The notes under the pieces are model-generated. The model ran no database searches and was not told the DNA's origin. It worked only from the letters and a program-made list of their open reading frames with translations. DNA of 64,000 nt, from positions 77,068,001-77,132,000 of the forward strand of contig NC_045696.1 in assembly GCF_009834535.1 (NCBI RefSeq), given 5' to 3'. This stretch comes from Camelus ferus (taxonomy: Eukaryota). The position numbers and the translations under genes are program-made. Positions 24,540-38,874 of this stretch are shown here, in pieces. How positions within the stretch are numbered: position 1 is the stretch's first letter; each line of letters begins with the position of its first letter.

Positions 24540-25230
24540 TCTCTTTTTTTTTTCTCTCAGCACTAATATCAAAGTAATCACCATTCTTTTAAAACTCAGT
24601 TTTACCTCTTAAATATCTCCTATGCTCATCCACATTTCTCCAGCTTCAGTGCCATTACTTTACTTAGTTTAGCTGTCCTCATCTCTCTCCCAAGTTAGAA
24701 CAACAGCCTTTTAATAACACTGCCGTGCTTCAGAGTGGCTTCTGTCCAACCCATTCCCCACAAATACGTCTCTCCAATCCATTCCCCACAGTAAATACGT
24801 TTTATGGAAAAAAAAAGCTGCTTATACTTTACTTCTGTTCAAAGTTCTCAGTGGCTCTTGTTGCTCTCGAGAGAAACACCAAATGGCTTGATGTGGTTGA
24901 TAATGTCTCACATATGCTTTCTCCTGTTTACGTCACCAGCTTTACCACTTACAAAGTCCCAGCGCCAGCATCGCCATGCCCAGCCTCCCAGCCCCGCATT
25001 TCTGTGCACTGAACTTCTTAGGAGCTCATGCTCCTTCCTCTCTAGGCTTTTGTTCGTGCCAGGACCTTCCCCTGCCTGGTCTCCTCTTTCCAACATAGTC
25101 GTTCTTTTAATTAGCTAACTTCTTATCCCTCAGGGCTCCCTTCTTCCAGGAAGTCTTCATGATCAACCAAATGTGGACCAGAAACCTTCTGTGTGCTCAC
25201 ACGGCATTGTGCTATGTATCTCACAATACT
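24540..25230 (+). mobile_element. L2, with an internal ~28-bp tandem duplication at ~24745-24800
   Basis: Typical L2 pyrimidine-rich body (CTTCCTCTCTAGGCTTTTG...CCCTGCCTGG...CTTCCAGGAAGTCTTC); TCCAA(C/T)CCATTCCCCACA..AATACGT occurs twice. Confidence 0.7.
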
Positions 25231-26428
25231 GTCTGATTTGCCAATATGCATGCCTTGTATATTATTAGTGTATTCGTGGTGAGATGCCTCAGAAAAATTT
25301 TTAAGGTTTACATTTTATCCTCTTTGTTTATTAGTATTTTTAAAATCAGGTATCCTGAACATATGTTGCTTTTTAAAGAGGAAGAAAAATATTGTTTTAA
25401 AGGTGTTCCACAGAGTTTAATGACACATTAGTCTAAGGATGCCAGATCAGAACGACGATGAAAGAGGACTTTTCCCTCAAGACAAGACAGCTACAATAGT
25501 TTCCATCAAAAGATGGCTAAATAGGATTATAGGTGGGTTGTACTGAAGTGAGAAACTGAATAATTAGAGTCAGCTATAGGGATATGTTTATGTTAGTTGA
25601 CGAAATAGAAAAACTGAACTCATAGCCCAGGAAAGTGGCAAAGATAACAGGATCCTCAAATCCAGTTTCTTCATGTTCAGTTGGATTCTCAACTTTTAAT
25701 TTTAAGGGAATCAAATGACCTTATTTATGTGACCCAAATCAAATAAACTGTATACCACTGTATAGGATTTGCCATCAGTCCATGTTGGTTTGAACTCAAG
25801 ATACGAGGTAATATAACAGATGCTTGGTCCCCAATTCCCCACAGTAATGGTTGTGGGAAAAGGGATACTGGAAATGGTAGGTAAATGATTAGTGGAAAGT
25901 AATGGTAATATCTTCCATATACCAGGTGTTACACAGATAGTGTATTTAATTCTCAATGAACCACTGAAACTCACTGTTCAATGATTTATTCATCAACAAA
26001 TAGAGAGAAACTGAGTCTTGGAAGGTAAAGTGGCTTCTCCAGGATCACAGCCGGTGACGCAGTCGTGGTGACACAGCTCGCATTGGATCTGTCCTTTTTC
26101 TCAGAATTTCTCTGCTGTAGGAAACAGGAATTTAATAATCTGTCAGATCCATCTGTCCAAACCTGTGTTCTTTTGTGCAGGGGTGTACACAAGGGTTCTG
26201 TGTTGAGAAGGCCTGATTGTCCTTCCTGGGGTCAATTAATGTCAACGTGAGCAAGTGCAAGCCAGTGCCTGCCTGACACACAGAATGTAGTTAACCAACA
26301 CTTAAAAGAATTAATAAGGAAATAGCCCAGCTTTTCTTATGAAACCAGTATCTCTGTCAGTCAGAATTTTACTGCTAAAAGTTTTGAATCCATATTTATT
26401 TCTTTTCATATCTTCATCCTGACTCTAA

Positions 26429-26661
26429 AGATGGTTCTCAACAGGGGAAGATTCTGTCCCTTGAGGGACACCTGGCATTGCCTGGAGACACTTTTGGTTT
26501 TTACAACCATTGGAGTAAGAGTGGTGAGGGATGCTATGGTACCTAGTGGAGAGAGACCGGGGATGTGGCAAGACATCTGACAATGCACATGACAGCCCCC
26601 ACGACAAGGAATTCTCCAGCCCCAAATGTCAATAGCTCATGCTGAATTTGACAGACACTGC
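26429..26661 (+). mobile_element. MER20 hAT-Charlie MITE
   Basis: GGTTCTCAACAGGGG...TGGAGACACTTTTGGTT...CAATGCACATGACAGCCCCCACGACAAGGAATTCTCCAGCCCCAAATGTCAATAG. Confidence 0.9.
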
Positions 26662-27578
26662 TTTTAAACTAAAGCATCAAAATTCTTGAGAAGGACAGAA
26701 AAATACTTCTTAGCAGTGCACTGAAGACTCTATAACAGTTATTTGTGGTTTCTGTTTCTTTATTATACTTTACATCCTTTTCTGCTTTGATTGAGCTAAA
26801 TTGAGCTGCTGAAACTTAAAATAACCCAAGGCTTTATGTTTTGATCTTGCTACTTTTGTATCACCATGGTTTCATTTGATTTTTTTCTTTTTTTGCCAAC
26901 CCTATATGTCTTACCAAAATGCTTTTTCACATTTCAGTATAGAATCACTAAATTTGGCTGTAATGATTATATTTTGAGAATGGGCTTTGAAAAAGGGGTA
27001 AGTTGAAGGGACCATTAAAGTTGCGTGAGTTCTAGGCTGTGCCACAAATTGGGGTCTTCATTTATGAGCAGTCAAAACTGCTCTTTAGGTTATTATACTC
27101 AGTATTTTTGGCATCACAGTGTTTGTAAGGGAAATTAGAGAATGTGTTTGGAGGCAGTCATGATGGCAAGAAGCCCAGAATTTGTGGTGGTTAACTTAGG
27201 ATATGGAGATCACCAGAAGCTGGCCAGCACACATGATGACCCTTTGGCCAGCCGGGACAAGAGTTACTTTTATCTGTAGTTGCTCTCTGGCGACAGGTTA
27301 GGGAATGCCTCATAAAATCATACAAATCATTTAAATTTGTTTCTACTTTTCATATGAAAAAATCTTAGCATTTGCCACATTTGAGGCCAACATGTGCATT
27401 CTTAAATTTTCTTTATTGAGTCTTCTTGGCCAAGAGAAATATTTTCTTCTAAGAACTTCAGTTAAAATTATATAAATTTTAATTTCAAATGAATAATATA
27501 TAAAAACTCCTGAATAATGTGTAGCTTTTACCTACATTAGGGATTTTAAGTGTGTCAAAAGTACTGTACTCATAGGCT

Positions 27579-27703
27579 TGCTGCTGAATGCTTGTGTTCC
27601 CCCAAATTCATATGTTAGCATCCTGACCTTCCATATGATGGTATTAGGAGGTAGGACCTTTCAGAGATAATTAGGTCATGATAGTGGAGCTCTCATCAAT
27701 GGG
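27579..27703 (+). mobile_element. MaLR LTR 5' fragment (MLT1A/MST-like)
   Basis: CTGAATGCTTGTGTTCCCCCAAATTCATATGTT...GATGGTATTAGGAGGTAGGACCTTT...TTAGGTCATGA. Confidence 0.8.
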
Positions 27704-30700
27704 CCTGAGGTGGGCTGAGCCCCGACGTGTGCAAGCTACCAGGCGATGTAGCAGAGAAGATATGAAAATAAGACATATTCACAGTCCAGGAAGAATTTTA
27801 GATCAAATAAAGGAGCTATGTACACATGAAAATACACATTAACATGGGAAGTAATTGTAAATGGGGCAAGTTTTTTTTAACTTGAATTGCCTGTGGAAGC
27901 AATAAACTTCAAATGTAAGTTAAAATCACTATACGTCAATGGGCTTTACTTCTGGAGGGCGTAGGACTTCCCTGGCCTTAGTTTTTATGGTTTTGAAATT
28001 GAAATTAAAATGCCTTCTGCAAATAACTTACAGGATGTTTCAAAGAGTCCAGGAAAATAATGTGACCCAGTTTATAAACTTCTGAGGTCTGTGAATGCAA
28101 GTGATCTTTATGGTACTAAGAACTAAACTTGAGCACATTCTGCCTTTGTCTTTAAATGAGGCTCTTCTGGGTAAATTGAAAGTGCCGTATCTTTCCAAAA
28201 CCCTCGACTCTAATTTACATATCACATCTCTTGGTGCTCCTTAAAGGTGTAAAGATGTGACTTAGTAAATAGGGTTCAGCTTGTCCAGGTTCAGTGCATT
28301 GAGGTTCAAAATCTACCTTCTGAATAGTCGTCTTCAGTCAGTTTAATAAAGGTAACAAAAGAAATAGTCCTGCTTCAGGATGCGCATGTACCATGTCAGA
28401 GTTAGCCTTATTCCGAATCAGGCAAAGAGAATCAAATTACCACTTTACATATTTGTTAATTAACTCTCCCAAATGAACCCCTCGAGTTACATTAACTGAC
28501 CTGCGTGAAAACACAGTAACCTATAAAAGGTCTCATCTCAGTTGTCTCTTTGTGAGAAAAGCGGTGAGGTCAGACCGTGAGTGTCCCAACTTCAGCTCCC
28601 AAAGGGCAGAAGCCATGACAGTGAGAACCAGACAGCCTCCCGTGCCTTGGAGGAGTGGAAGTCATTTACTTTTTAGTCCCTTTTAGACCTGAGACACCCT
28701 CTTGCCCTGCAAGCATTCTCAAGACCAAGATGGTCCCATTCTCACTTAGGTGAGGGCATGGGTATCAGATCTGCACGGATCACACACCTCGGCTTGTTGC
28801 CACAAAACCTTTCCTCTTAAGCAGCTTAGCTTTCCTCTATATGCGATCCTGGTGCTTGAGATATTACTTCCTTGGTTAGTCAAACAGGACAAGAATTATT
28901 TGTTATAAAAGACAATGATCGTGTTTCATTTTTAGTCTTGAGAAAACCTGCCAAGACTGAAAGCCTGTGCATTACATAAAGAAAAAATTCTTAACCCAAG
29001 AGGAAAGCTATTCTTGGTTTTGAATGTCTTTATTCTCTCTGCTCACAGGAGAAACAACTGTGCTGTCGTATTTTTTACCACACTATTGAACTACTTGAAA
29101 TTTTGCTGCCTTATCCTATTTTTGACCCTTATTGAAATATAGATATAATGAACATATATGCTAGAATATATATATATCTATATATTCGCACACCTCTTTG
29201 AGGTAGGTTGTCTCAAAGATTAGCTAATGCATAAAGCTCATTAAGCTGAATAAATGTGGATTCAGACGAAGAATCATTTGTGTTCCTGGAAGCCTGTCCC
29301 TTAGAAGCAGGTGCACAGCACATGATGAAGAGGAAATGTAATTGTGAGGAGCAGCATTGGAGCAGCAGCGATCTAGTTTTTTGATTCACCTGAGGATACA
29401 CCTGTGTATTTGTAACTTTTATTTTGCTCTAGGAACTATTCCTTTTCATAGGCTCTGGGTGAGTTTTTAGGAAGGATTGGTTACAAAGGAAAAGGTTAAT
29501 ATGAGCCTGTGATAATAACAGAAGTGAAATTAAATGCACTTGAAGAGTTTTTAGGCTGTAACTTCCATGAAGTTTTCAACAACAACAACACAGAAAATGA
29601 CATAATTGTAATAGAAAGCAGTGGCTTGAGGGTTGGAGGGTATGAATCACCTGTGTTGTCTTGTAAGTCGCCTAATTTCTCAGAATCTCAGTTCTCTGAG
29701 GTTCATCGGATACCATTAAGGTCCCTTCTTATTTTAAAAGGCTGTGAGTTTGAGCTTATGGCCCCGTTCAGTAGTCGGTGAACTTCCTCACAAATTGAAA
29801 GCAACTGGGGGAAGCAGAGCTGCAGATGCTGGCCATTTTTCAGAAAGATTTTGTTTTGGTAAAAACTGAAATAATTATGGAATTGAAGGCCTAAGGAAAT
29901 TGGAGATGTATTTGGGATTCAAATGTACATTTTAGGGCAAATAGTAGTCTTTCAAAAGACAGCCATTGGAAGCAAGTTCTGAAAGAGCCAGACAAGACTC
30001 TCTGATCCAAAGGGTCTTCCGTACAACTTACCCTTAAACCTTCATTCTTTTGGATCTTGGAAAGTTATTATTTTTCCTTAATTTCCCTTAAAACTTTTAA
30101 GTGAAAGAAATACAGCTTGAGCGATTCAGCTAATATGTTGGTTATCATCTAACATTTGGGTGGATTAAGTCACGGCCAGCTGACGATAAAACCGGTTATA
30201 GTAGATGTTTGGAAGAGAGGATTCCTCTGGGAAGGAGAGGTTTCCATAAGAAGAAAAGGGTGCTAGCAGGGGGAGGCCTCAGGAGAAGCTGAATTTGCTT
30301 TGCATTGGGGTGGGGGGTAGTACTGATGGATCCTGCAAAACAAAGACACTGAAACTTGAAGGCTTCAAGGTGGACTATGTTACAAATGAAAAGCATAAAA
30401 AGACTGAAAGTAGTACAAATGGAAAGATGTCTGTAGAATTTTTTTTTTAAATTAGGAGGAAACCTGCAACAACTGAAAACTACAGGAAAGTAGAAATGTT
30501 GAGAAATTTCTGTTGGATACGCTTTTGATGTGATCAGATAAGGAGTGTCACCAAGCACTAACATGTACCTCTCCCTTCTGAGAGGTACCAAAACAGCAGG
30601 TGATGGGCAAAGGAGATTTGGGCAAAATCCTCCAATGAGGTCTAGTTGGGCCAAGTTAGGGCAGGCTGTGGAACACAGAATTTAGATTCTTTTTCTGTTG

Positions 30701-30759
30701 TAGGAAAGCAGCGTTTAAGAGAGCAGATTGAGAAAGATATAGAGAGAAACATAGTAAGA

Positions 30760-31385
30760 AGATTAATTTTGCCAGTGAAAATTCAAAATAACAATATCTG
30801 TATGCTTTTCAGATACCCTCCAGGGCATTTCTTCTGTGGACAGGGTACAATGAGACAGAACTTCTTATCCACATACACTGCTTATGAGAGAGAACCTATT
30901 TTCCAGAAGTCAGTATGGCAAATGCATCAGAATTTTATGCATATTCATTGGTCATTGTCATAGACATTATGATTCTAGATAAAAAATTAGGGCAGAAATC
31001 AAAGATGCAAACCAGTGTTATATGAGAAAAGACATTCTCTGAGATACTTCTATTTAAAAGTGGAAAAAAACCCTAAATGTACATCAGTTTAGAATTAATA
31101 ATAGCACTGCCTTATGATGGGTTAATATTTTAATTCACTATTACATGACATAGAAAATATATAGGGAGGAGCCAGTGTGCACAGGAGTACATAGATTATG
31201 ATGCTAAGTGTATGAAACAAGGAAGATAGAAAAGAAGACAAGGAAATACAGCAAAATGGTAACAGTGGTTATATCTGTGGGGGGTGATCATGAACCACTT
31301 TTACTTTTGTCCTGGTTCTTTATATTTTAAACTCTTTTTAATGAACACTGAATCATCTTGTAATCAGAAACATAAAATAGATACA
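30760..31385 (+). mobile_element. Old L1 3' region (L1ME-like)
   Basis: GGAAATACAGCAAAATGGTAACAGTGGTTATATCTGTGGGG...TTGTAATCAGAAAC resembles the L1ME 3' end. Confidence 0.65.
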
Positions 31386-32859
31386 AAATTTTCAGTGCAC
31401 ACTATACTTTGTGAAATTCCAGAAAAGACTGCAGCCTTCTGAAACGTCACATTCTGAGCTTTTAGGTTTCAGCCAGATGCCAGACACTCTGACTGACATT
31501 TGGTGAAATGGTTTCTTGGTTTAAAGTTCCCTTGGCCCAAGTCTCAGAAGTTCATGGAACAGATGGCTTCAGATTGAAGGACATATCTGGTAATAGACAA
31601 AAGCGAAGCTGTCCCTCTGCGCTGAGGAAATAGGGCATTGACATCGAATTCTGGCATTTTTTCTGACTCTTTCATGCGAAGGTTTTTGTTGTTGAACTCT
31701 GGCTCACAGAAAGGGTAAAATCAATGTCATAGGAATTTCTGTAGATAATTTCAACACCTCTGTGGTGGTTCCCCTTAGAGAGTCTGGACCACTAGACAAA
31801 CACAAAAGTGGCCTGGAAAGGCAGTCAGTGCCTATTTCTACAGTGTAGCAGTGGTGTTCAACTTGAGGTGTCCTTGCCAGCTGTCTCCTTTATAACCCCT
31901 TTTACCCTTTGAGTGCACTTGGGGGCAACAGATCCAGGGAGTTGCCTGCAGGTTACTGCTGTCACAACTGCTTATAACCCAGGGCAGACCCGTCAAGCTG
32001 TCCAAACTCCCAGTCCTGAGGTTCCTCCCACTGGCACTCCTGTAGAAGAGGTGGGAAGGACAATGTGGATGCCCCAAACCCTGAGTTTAATATATTAACT
32101 GATAAAGCCAGTAGGAGATCCAGCGGACCGGTGGTATCTAGGAATTTAACAAACATACTGGTGCAGAAAAGAAGAAATCTCTTTTACTTCATCTTGGATA
32201 TCTGTTGTCCTTGGCACAAATTTCTCCTTAATCCTTCCCCAAAGCGGAACTAGTGAGGCTTAGTGTTGCTCTGTTTCATTTACTATTTATTTTACATTTA
32301 AGTTTTATTATTATAATGTATTTGTCAGGAGGAGGGTAGTCTTTAATCACGACAACGCTGAGGGGAATCTGTATGGTCTGGGTTCTGGCCAAGACTTCAG
32401 TCGCTGAGCCAGGCTCCACCCATTTTGTTGGTTTACTTCACTCCTATAAAACTTTTATCGCCCCCTCTCCCTTGTCTTACTGACCAGGATAATTTCAGCT
32501 CAGCCTTAAACACCTCCAGTTACTTATGTCCAAATTGTTACCCTTTCATCTAAATAAGTCTTCTTACCACATGTAAAACATTTTCCTATTCTAATACAAT
32601 AAATAAATATTCTTCTTCAATTTATCATTGTCCAGTACTGCCCTATCTTTCTACCACTCTCAACGTGATTAGGAAAATTGAGACTAGAAAAAGGTAGAAT
32701 ATGGGAAATTGTGCGGTCTGTACATGGTTGTTTTCTCTATCCATCTAATTCTTAAATCTAACTATTCAATTCTTGGATCGAACGATTGATTTTAATCTAA
32801 AGTTGAACAAAATTTTCAAAGAATTGGTGCATATCAAAAAAGAGTGAGAATAACATTAG

Positions 32860-33050
32860 ACCAACAACCTGAAACAGTCAGAGTCCTGACTTTCACAGTC
32901 TAATTATGTGACCTTGAAGAAGTTACTTCATTTCTCTGGCTTGTCTCTCGAATGTGGATGACTGCTGCTTTAACTGCATCCCATGCCTGCTGGGAGGTCA
33001 AATGGGGCATTGTTTGTGGAAAAGAACTGTAAATCTCCACAGAAACATAA
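32860..33050 (+). mobile_element. MIR
   Basis: TATGTGACCTTGAAGAAGTTACTTCATTTCTCTGGC. Confidence 0.6.
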
Positions 33051-33657
33051 CATATCATCAATGCCGAAATATTAGCCTTGGTATCTGCATGATCCTGGAA
33101 AACTGAAAAACAGTTTTAGGAATTGAGCTAGTTCTAAAACACAAGACAAAACTAAATGAGAAAAATTCCCTTGGAAACATTATCATTCTATGTTTAAGAG
33201 CTTTTCATTTTTGGCCAGTAGATTTTGAACTTCTTGAGGATAAAAGCCATGTATCATTCATATTTATATTCTAATTACAAAATGGAGTATTTTAATCTCA
33301 ATGGATGTTCAGATACTAGAAAATACAAAGGGATACATGTGGAAATACACTATTTCCCCCTTACAGTCGTTTCTCACAACAGCAAGCTAAGGATGGGAGG
33401 GGCATATCAAACCACTTCCTCGAAAAACCTGTTTAATTTTCATTATGTGTTGCCTGACTACCATTAGGCCAATTCTTATTTCTGGAGACTGTGGGCAGTT
33501 GCTGGTTTTCATGGATTGACGACCCAAATGAAGAGTTCTCAGCAATTCACCTCATCCTCATTGGTGCAGGTGGTCATCCTCATGTCAACAATAGCCACCA
33601 AGGGCCACTTTGCAAACCATTCAAAGATGAGAGAAATCTCAAGGATTCCCATGTGTA

Positions 33658-33661
<4 letters not shown>

Positions 33662-33705
<44 letters not shown>
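33662..33705. repeat. (TG)n microsatellite with one interruption
   Basis: Direct inspection. Confidence 0.97.
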
Positions 33706-34761
33706 GCTTGTGCCCATGCACACTTTTAACTTTTACTGGGAAAAGGTAGCTTAAGACATATACATCATGTACATTCATAAATATCTTATTTAATAAAGGA
33801 ACCATAAATCAAAAATTGTCTCTAACATACCAACAAAGGAGAGGGAAACTCCTAGGATGGTAATAAGTGAATCAATGGCTGGAGAAAAACAAGTAACAAC
33901 AGGAGAAGAACAAGAGAGGGAAAGTGCTTAGAAGCCATGAAGACTGAGCTGCTCCTCAAAGCCACTTTTTGCTAATGGTGTCAAGACTCATACTTTCAGC
34001 AAGAGCTCAGGAGGTATTACTGTTTTGTTTTGTTTTGTTTTGGATTTTGTTCTTTTAGAGGAATCCATTTGAGGTGAAAAGGAAAGGTATTACTACTTCT
34101 TAACTTTAGAGAAACAGTCAGCTGGCTATGGGATCTGAAGGAAGACATTTGCAAGGGAGACCTGTGCCAACAAGCTGCATCATTTACTGTGGAAATGCCA
34201 TACCAGTTACTAACGCAACTATGGTGTTAGGATCAGTTTCAGTTGCCCTGGGCAGTGCTGTTTAAATCCACCAAATATATCTAAGAACACAGTAGAGCAT
34301 TATATATCTAAGGGAGTTGGGTTTCTTTATTTTGAAGTTTTCTGTTTAAGGAGTAAAAATTCATGAAAATGTTACATTTTATTTTATTTTACATTTGCAA
34401 TTGTCAAAATAACATTTCAACTCAATTTGAGTAGATTGGAATGCCAGGAAATAGGGCCTGCCACCCTGATTCAATTTTGTATCTATGTAACAGCCCCCGA
34501 CTCCCTGGTTGCCTGTGTATTTGGTTATACAATACTCCAGTCTGAACATCAGAGTTTTAGAATAACTTATATAGTATTACAATCATATAATCTAAAACAT
34601 GTGAAAAATATTATTTACTGTAATTCTTTTATTTTACAGATAAAAATCATACCAGAAAAGACGACGTTCTTAAGGTTTCACAGCTAGCAAATAACAAATC
34701 TAGAATTCAGTTTTCTATATTTCCAGTACAAAGTTGTTTTCATTATATCACACTGCCTCCT

Positions 34762-34968
34762 TTTTCTTCTTCTTCTTCTTTTTTAATTGAAGTACAGTCA
34801 GTTACAATGTGTCAACTTCTGGTGTACAGCACAATGTCCCAGTCATGCATATACATACATATATTTGTTTTCATATTCTTTTTCATTAAAGGTTATTATA
34901 AGATACTGAATATGGTTCCCTGTGCTATACAGAAGAAACCTATTTTTTAATCTATTTTGTATATAATA
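34762..34968 (-). mobile_element. Short young L1 3'-end insertion (same family as 14501-14674)
   Basis: About 11 mismatches over ~154 nt to the 14501 copy; (CTT)n/poly(T) tail. Confidence 0.9.
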
Positions 34969-35354
34969 TCTTTTTTAAAAAAAGAGTAATTGTACATGGA
35001 AATAACAGGAATATTCAATAATGGGGAACAGATTGAATTATGGTAACAAGATAACATTAGCCATGAAAATCATGTTTAGAAGCATGTTTAACAACGTGGA
35101 AAATGGTCATGATACATTGTTAAGTGCAAATACTGATTATAAAAGATACACACATTATGAACCTCAGTTTCTAAAATTTAAACATATGTGAACCACCCAG
35201 TACTATCAACTATTATCTCTAGGTGGCAGGATTACAGGTAATATTTATGTTCTTTGTGTAAACCAAGCAAACTATTCAGAGCAGGTTAAATTATACTTTA
35301 TTTCTAGTTAATTTATCACATGTATGTGAGAAGATAATGTGACAAAAATGAGTA

Positions 35355-35575
35355 TCAAGATCTCATACAGACTCATGCTTTAGCTCTGCTGATAGCTATT
35401 TCTGTGACCAGGGACAGATTTGTACTCTCAGAGGCCCCACTTTCTATCTGGAAAGGGGAGTTAATAACTATTTTACAGATTTTCAGTGGAGATTAGGTGA
35501 GATCAGGCATATACTGCATATAAAGTGTCTACCTGAGTGGAGACATAGTGGCCATTCAGTAAATGTTAGTTCACC
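35355..35575 (+). mobile_element. MIR (MIRb-like)
   Basis: TCTGTGACCAGGGACAGA...CTATCTGGAAAGGGGAGTTAATAAC...CATTCAGTAAATGTTAG. Confidence 0.7.
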
Positions 35576-37454
35576 TCACTTTTATGAGCTCATAAACTGT
35601 TACTAATGAAAATTGCTGTAAGATGCTATTTTCATTTAAATAGTTGCAAAAACCTGATTTAGAAAATCAATTAGATTGTTGCTGAAATGCCTTACTGCGG
35701 AGTAAAGGGGGGATACTGGGGAGGGAAGGGATGGGTGAGAGAGTGGGTTAGTGTTCTGATTCTCATGTAAGAATGTAGGACAGAGGGCAGGGTGTAATTC
35801 TGGGGTTAAAATATTTTAAACTACTCACTTCTTGGAACCAGAACTTCTTTAATATATTAGGTGCAAATGCATTTTCTGGTTTTGCTGAAGATACTAGAAA
35901 GTTAAACACTCCAAAGACACTCTCCAGATCTTTGGGGTAATTTGCCTAAATGTGTGAGCCCGTATTATATAAGGTGTCAGGCAACCTTAACTCATTAGGC
36001 TAATGGTTTTTCTATGTATGAGAAACAGCGTGATCCAGATGTTAGAGAATACCTTGGCGAGCCAGTGACTCACTTTACTTTAGCAGTCTAGCAGCTGGGT
36101 ACCATTATTGCCTTGGCGCTCAGTACCAATGTCCTGTTGCACTCAATCAGCTAGACTACACCATTAACCAGTATTTCCACACATCTGTCATGAATGTTAA
36201 GAGCCTTTTGGGTCATCAAAGAATATTACATCGTACACAGTCTAGATTGAGTGGCACACCCCTTTAAATGTATTATAATCACATAGATGAAGGTTTTAGA
36301 TTAGATACTCTAATCAGAGTATCTGGTTTTCCAGAAGAGTTCTCTCTCTCACAGCAGGAGAAAACAGAGAAATGTCTATATAGAAAATTCTGCTTCCTTG
36401 CACCTTTTACAAGTGTCAGGTGTCAAAACACCCACTCATGCATCTGGGGAAATGAGAAAGTCAGGATGATGTTAAAAGGAGAGAGCAGAAGTGAACTGGA
36501 CAGAATTCATAATGTGAAGTGAGTAAAAGCACCTTTCAACTCCCTTGTTTCACACCTACGTGATATTTTCTGTCACAAAACAGTTTAAAATACTCTGTAG
36601 TCCAAAGAATAGGTAATGCATCTGATGAAACGCCAGGTCTTCTAACCTGGGCTGCTGCCTCCAATCATGAGTCTGAGTGTTTAGAAGTCTGGATAAAACA
36701 GAACATATTTTTTTCTTATAAAAGTTGCATCTGGCTCTTGTCATTCATGGTGAAATATTTTCATGTTTCATTAACCTGGTGTCTGCTGGGTAAACTTGGT
36801 AGCATTTACTGCTTAAAACAAGTGCTTTTGTCAAGTCAGGACAAGTTATTGCAAATGTTTAAACTAAAACTAAATGGAAAATGAAATTGGCATTTTATTT
36901 TCTACAACCTCAAATACATGAAGGATGTTCTCTCCAGAACTGGCTAAATGACATTTTAATATATGGCATAATTTTTCTTATCAGTAAATAGGCCTGATAC
37001 CAAGAAAAGTGGCTCGGAAGCATGCGTTTCTCTGTTACATCGAGATAGGCAGGCAAGCCCAAGTGCTCGTGAAGAGAATGCATTGATACAGGAGTGTTCT
37101 TGGGAAGCAAAGTTTTGCAACATGGACTTAGTTCCAGTTAGAGGACTGAGTTCTGCCTGCCACAGTCATGTGGCCAGAAAATAATACTTGGAACAGTGGC
37201 TTGTTTATGCCCAAGGGGAAATGCTCTTGTTCTTATCCAATTCTATTTTCCCTCTTCATGCACAGACAGGCACCAATTTGTGGCTTGCTGATAGTGGAAA
37301 TAGAGACCAACCACTGTGAGGGACATTGGTTTCCCTCGCAGATGACCCCCGATTTATGCTTCTAACTGCAGCTTTGCCTTGATGTAGGAAAGGGCCTGAG
37401 ACTGGCTATAATGCAGCAGACTGTTGAAGTCTGGTCACTTTACTTGGCGTCTCT

Positions 37455-38237
37455 GTGTATCCTTGCTGCTCAGTGTATCCGTGGGTCAGCAGCATGGGTA
37501 TGGGCATCATCTGGGATCTTGTCAGAAATGCAGCGTCTCAGGCCCTACCTCAGTCCTGTGAATCAGACTCTGCATTATTTTTTACTTTGTATTTTTAGAA
37601 TAATTTTTTAATTGGAGTATAGTTGGTTTACAGGGTTGTGTTAATTTCTTGTGTACAGCATAATGTGTCAGTTATAACTTACATATTCCTTTTTGTATTC
37701 TTTTTCATTATAGGTTCTTACAAGATATTGAATAAAGCGCCCTGTACTATATACAGTAGGACCCTGTTGTTTATCCATCCAATATCTAGTAGTTTGTATC
37801 TGCAAATTTCAAACTCCCAATTTATGCCTCCATCCCCCCTTACCTCCCTGGTAACCATAAGTTTGTTTTTTTATGTCTGTGAATCTACTTCTGTTTTGTA
37901 AGTAAGTTCATTTGTATCTTTATTTTTTTTTTTTAGATTCCACATATGAGTGATGTAATATGGTATTTTTCTTTCTCTTACTGGCTTACTTCACTTAGTA
38001 TGACAATCTCCAGATCCATCCATGTTGCTGCAAATGGCATTACTTTATTCTTTTTATGGCTGAGTAGTATTCCACTGTATATATACACCGCATCTTTATC
38101 CATTTATCAGTCGATGGACATTTAGGTTGCTTCCATGTCTTGACTATTGTAGATAGTGCTTCTATGAACATTAGGGAATCTGCATTTTGACAAGATCCCC
38201 AGGAATGTATGTGCACAGTAATGTTTGAGAAGGACTG
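37455..38237 (+). mobile_element. MER5A1-like MITE split by an L1 insertion
   Basis: 5' half CATCTGGGATCTTGTCAGAAATGCAG...GAATCAGACTCTGCATT; 3' half GAATCTGCATTTTGACAAGATCCCCAGG...GTTTGAGAAGGACTG. Confidence 0.8.
37577..38175 (-). mobile_element. L1 3' end (~600 bp), 5'-truncated
   Basis: ORF 38040..38264 includes MFIEALSTIVKTWKQPKCPSTDKWIK...YTVEYYSAIK (L1 ORF2 C-terminus). TSD GA(C/A)TCTGCATT at 37566-37576 and 38176-38186. Confidence 0.92.
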
Positions 38238-38328
38238 GTCTAAACAATGGTGCATGGCTCTCACTTTGTTATTATGTTAGATAATTCAGCCACTGGAAAC
38301 ATGAACTAATTAGAAAACAATTGACAAC

Positions 38329-38874
38329 TGTGTTAGTCAGGGTTCTTTAGAGAAACAAAACCAATGGGATGCATGCATATAGAAAGAGATTTATTACAAG
38401 GAATTGGATCACATGGTGCTGGAGCTGAGAAATCTCAGTATCTGCAGTTGGCAGCCTGGAGACCCAGGAGAGCCAGTGGTGTGAGTCTGATCTGTGTCCA
38501 AAGGCCTGAGAATCAGGCAAGCCTATGGTGCAAGTTCCAGTCTTGAAAGTTGGCAGTCTGGAGACCCAGAAAGAGCCAGCATTTCAGCTCAAGTATGAAT
38601 ACACGAGAAGACCCATGTCTTAGTTCAAACAGGAAGGCAGGCGGAGTTGTCTCCTCCTTGTGGGGGGGGTGTCTGATTTTTGTTCTGTTCAGGCCTTCAG
38701 TTGATTATGTGGGAGCCCCCCACATTAGGGAGGGCAATCTGCTTTAGTAAAATCTACCAATCCACGTGTTCATCTCATCCCAAAATACCTTCACTGACAC
38801 AGCCAGAATAATGTTGAGCAAACATCTGGGTACCCCATGGGCTGGCCGAGTTGAACGTAAAATTAACCCTCACA
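38329..38874 (-). mobile_element. ERVL solo LTR (MLT2B-like) with a 5-bp TSD
   Basis: TG...CA termini: TGTGTTAGTCAGGGTTCTTTAGAGAAAC...AAAATTAACCCTCACA. TSD ACAAC at 38324-38328 and 38875-38879. Confidence 0.92.
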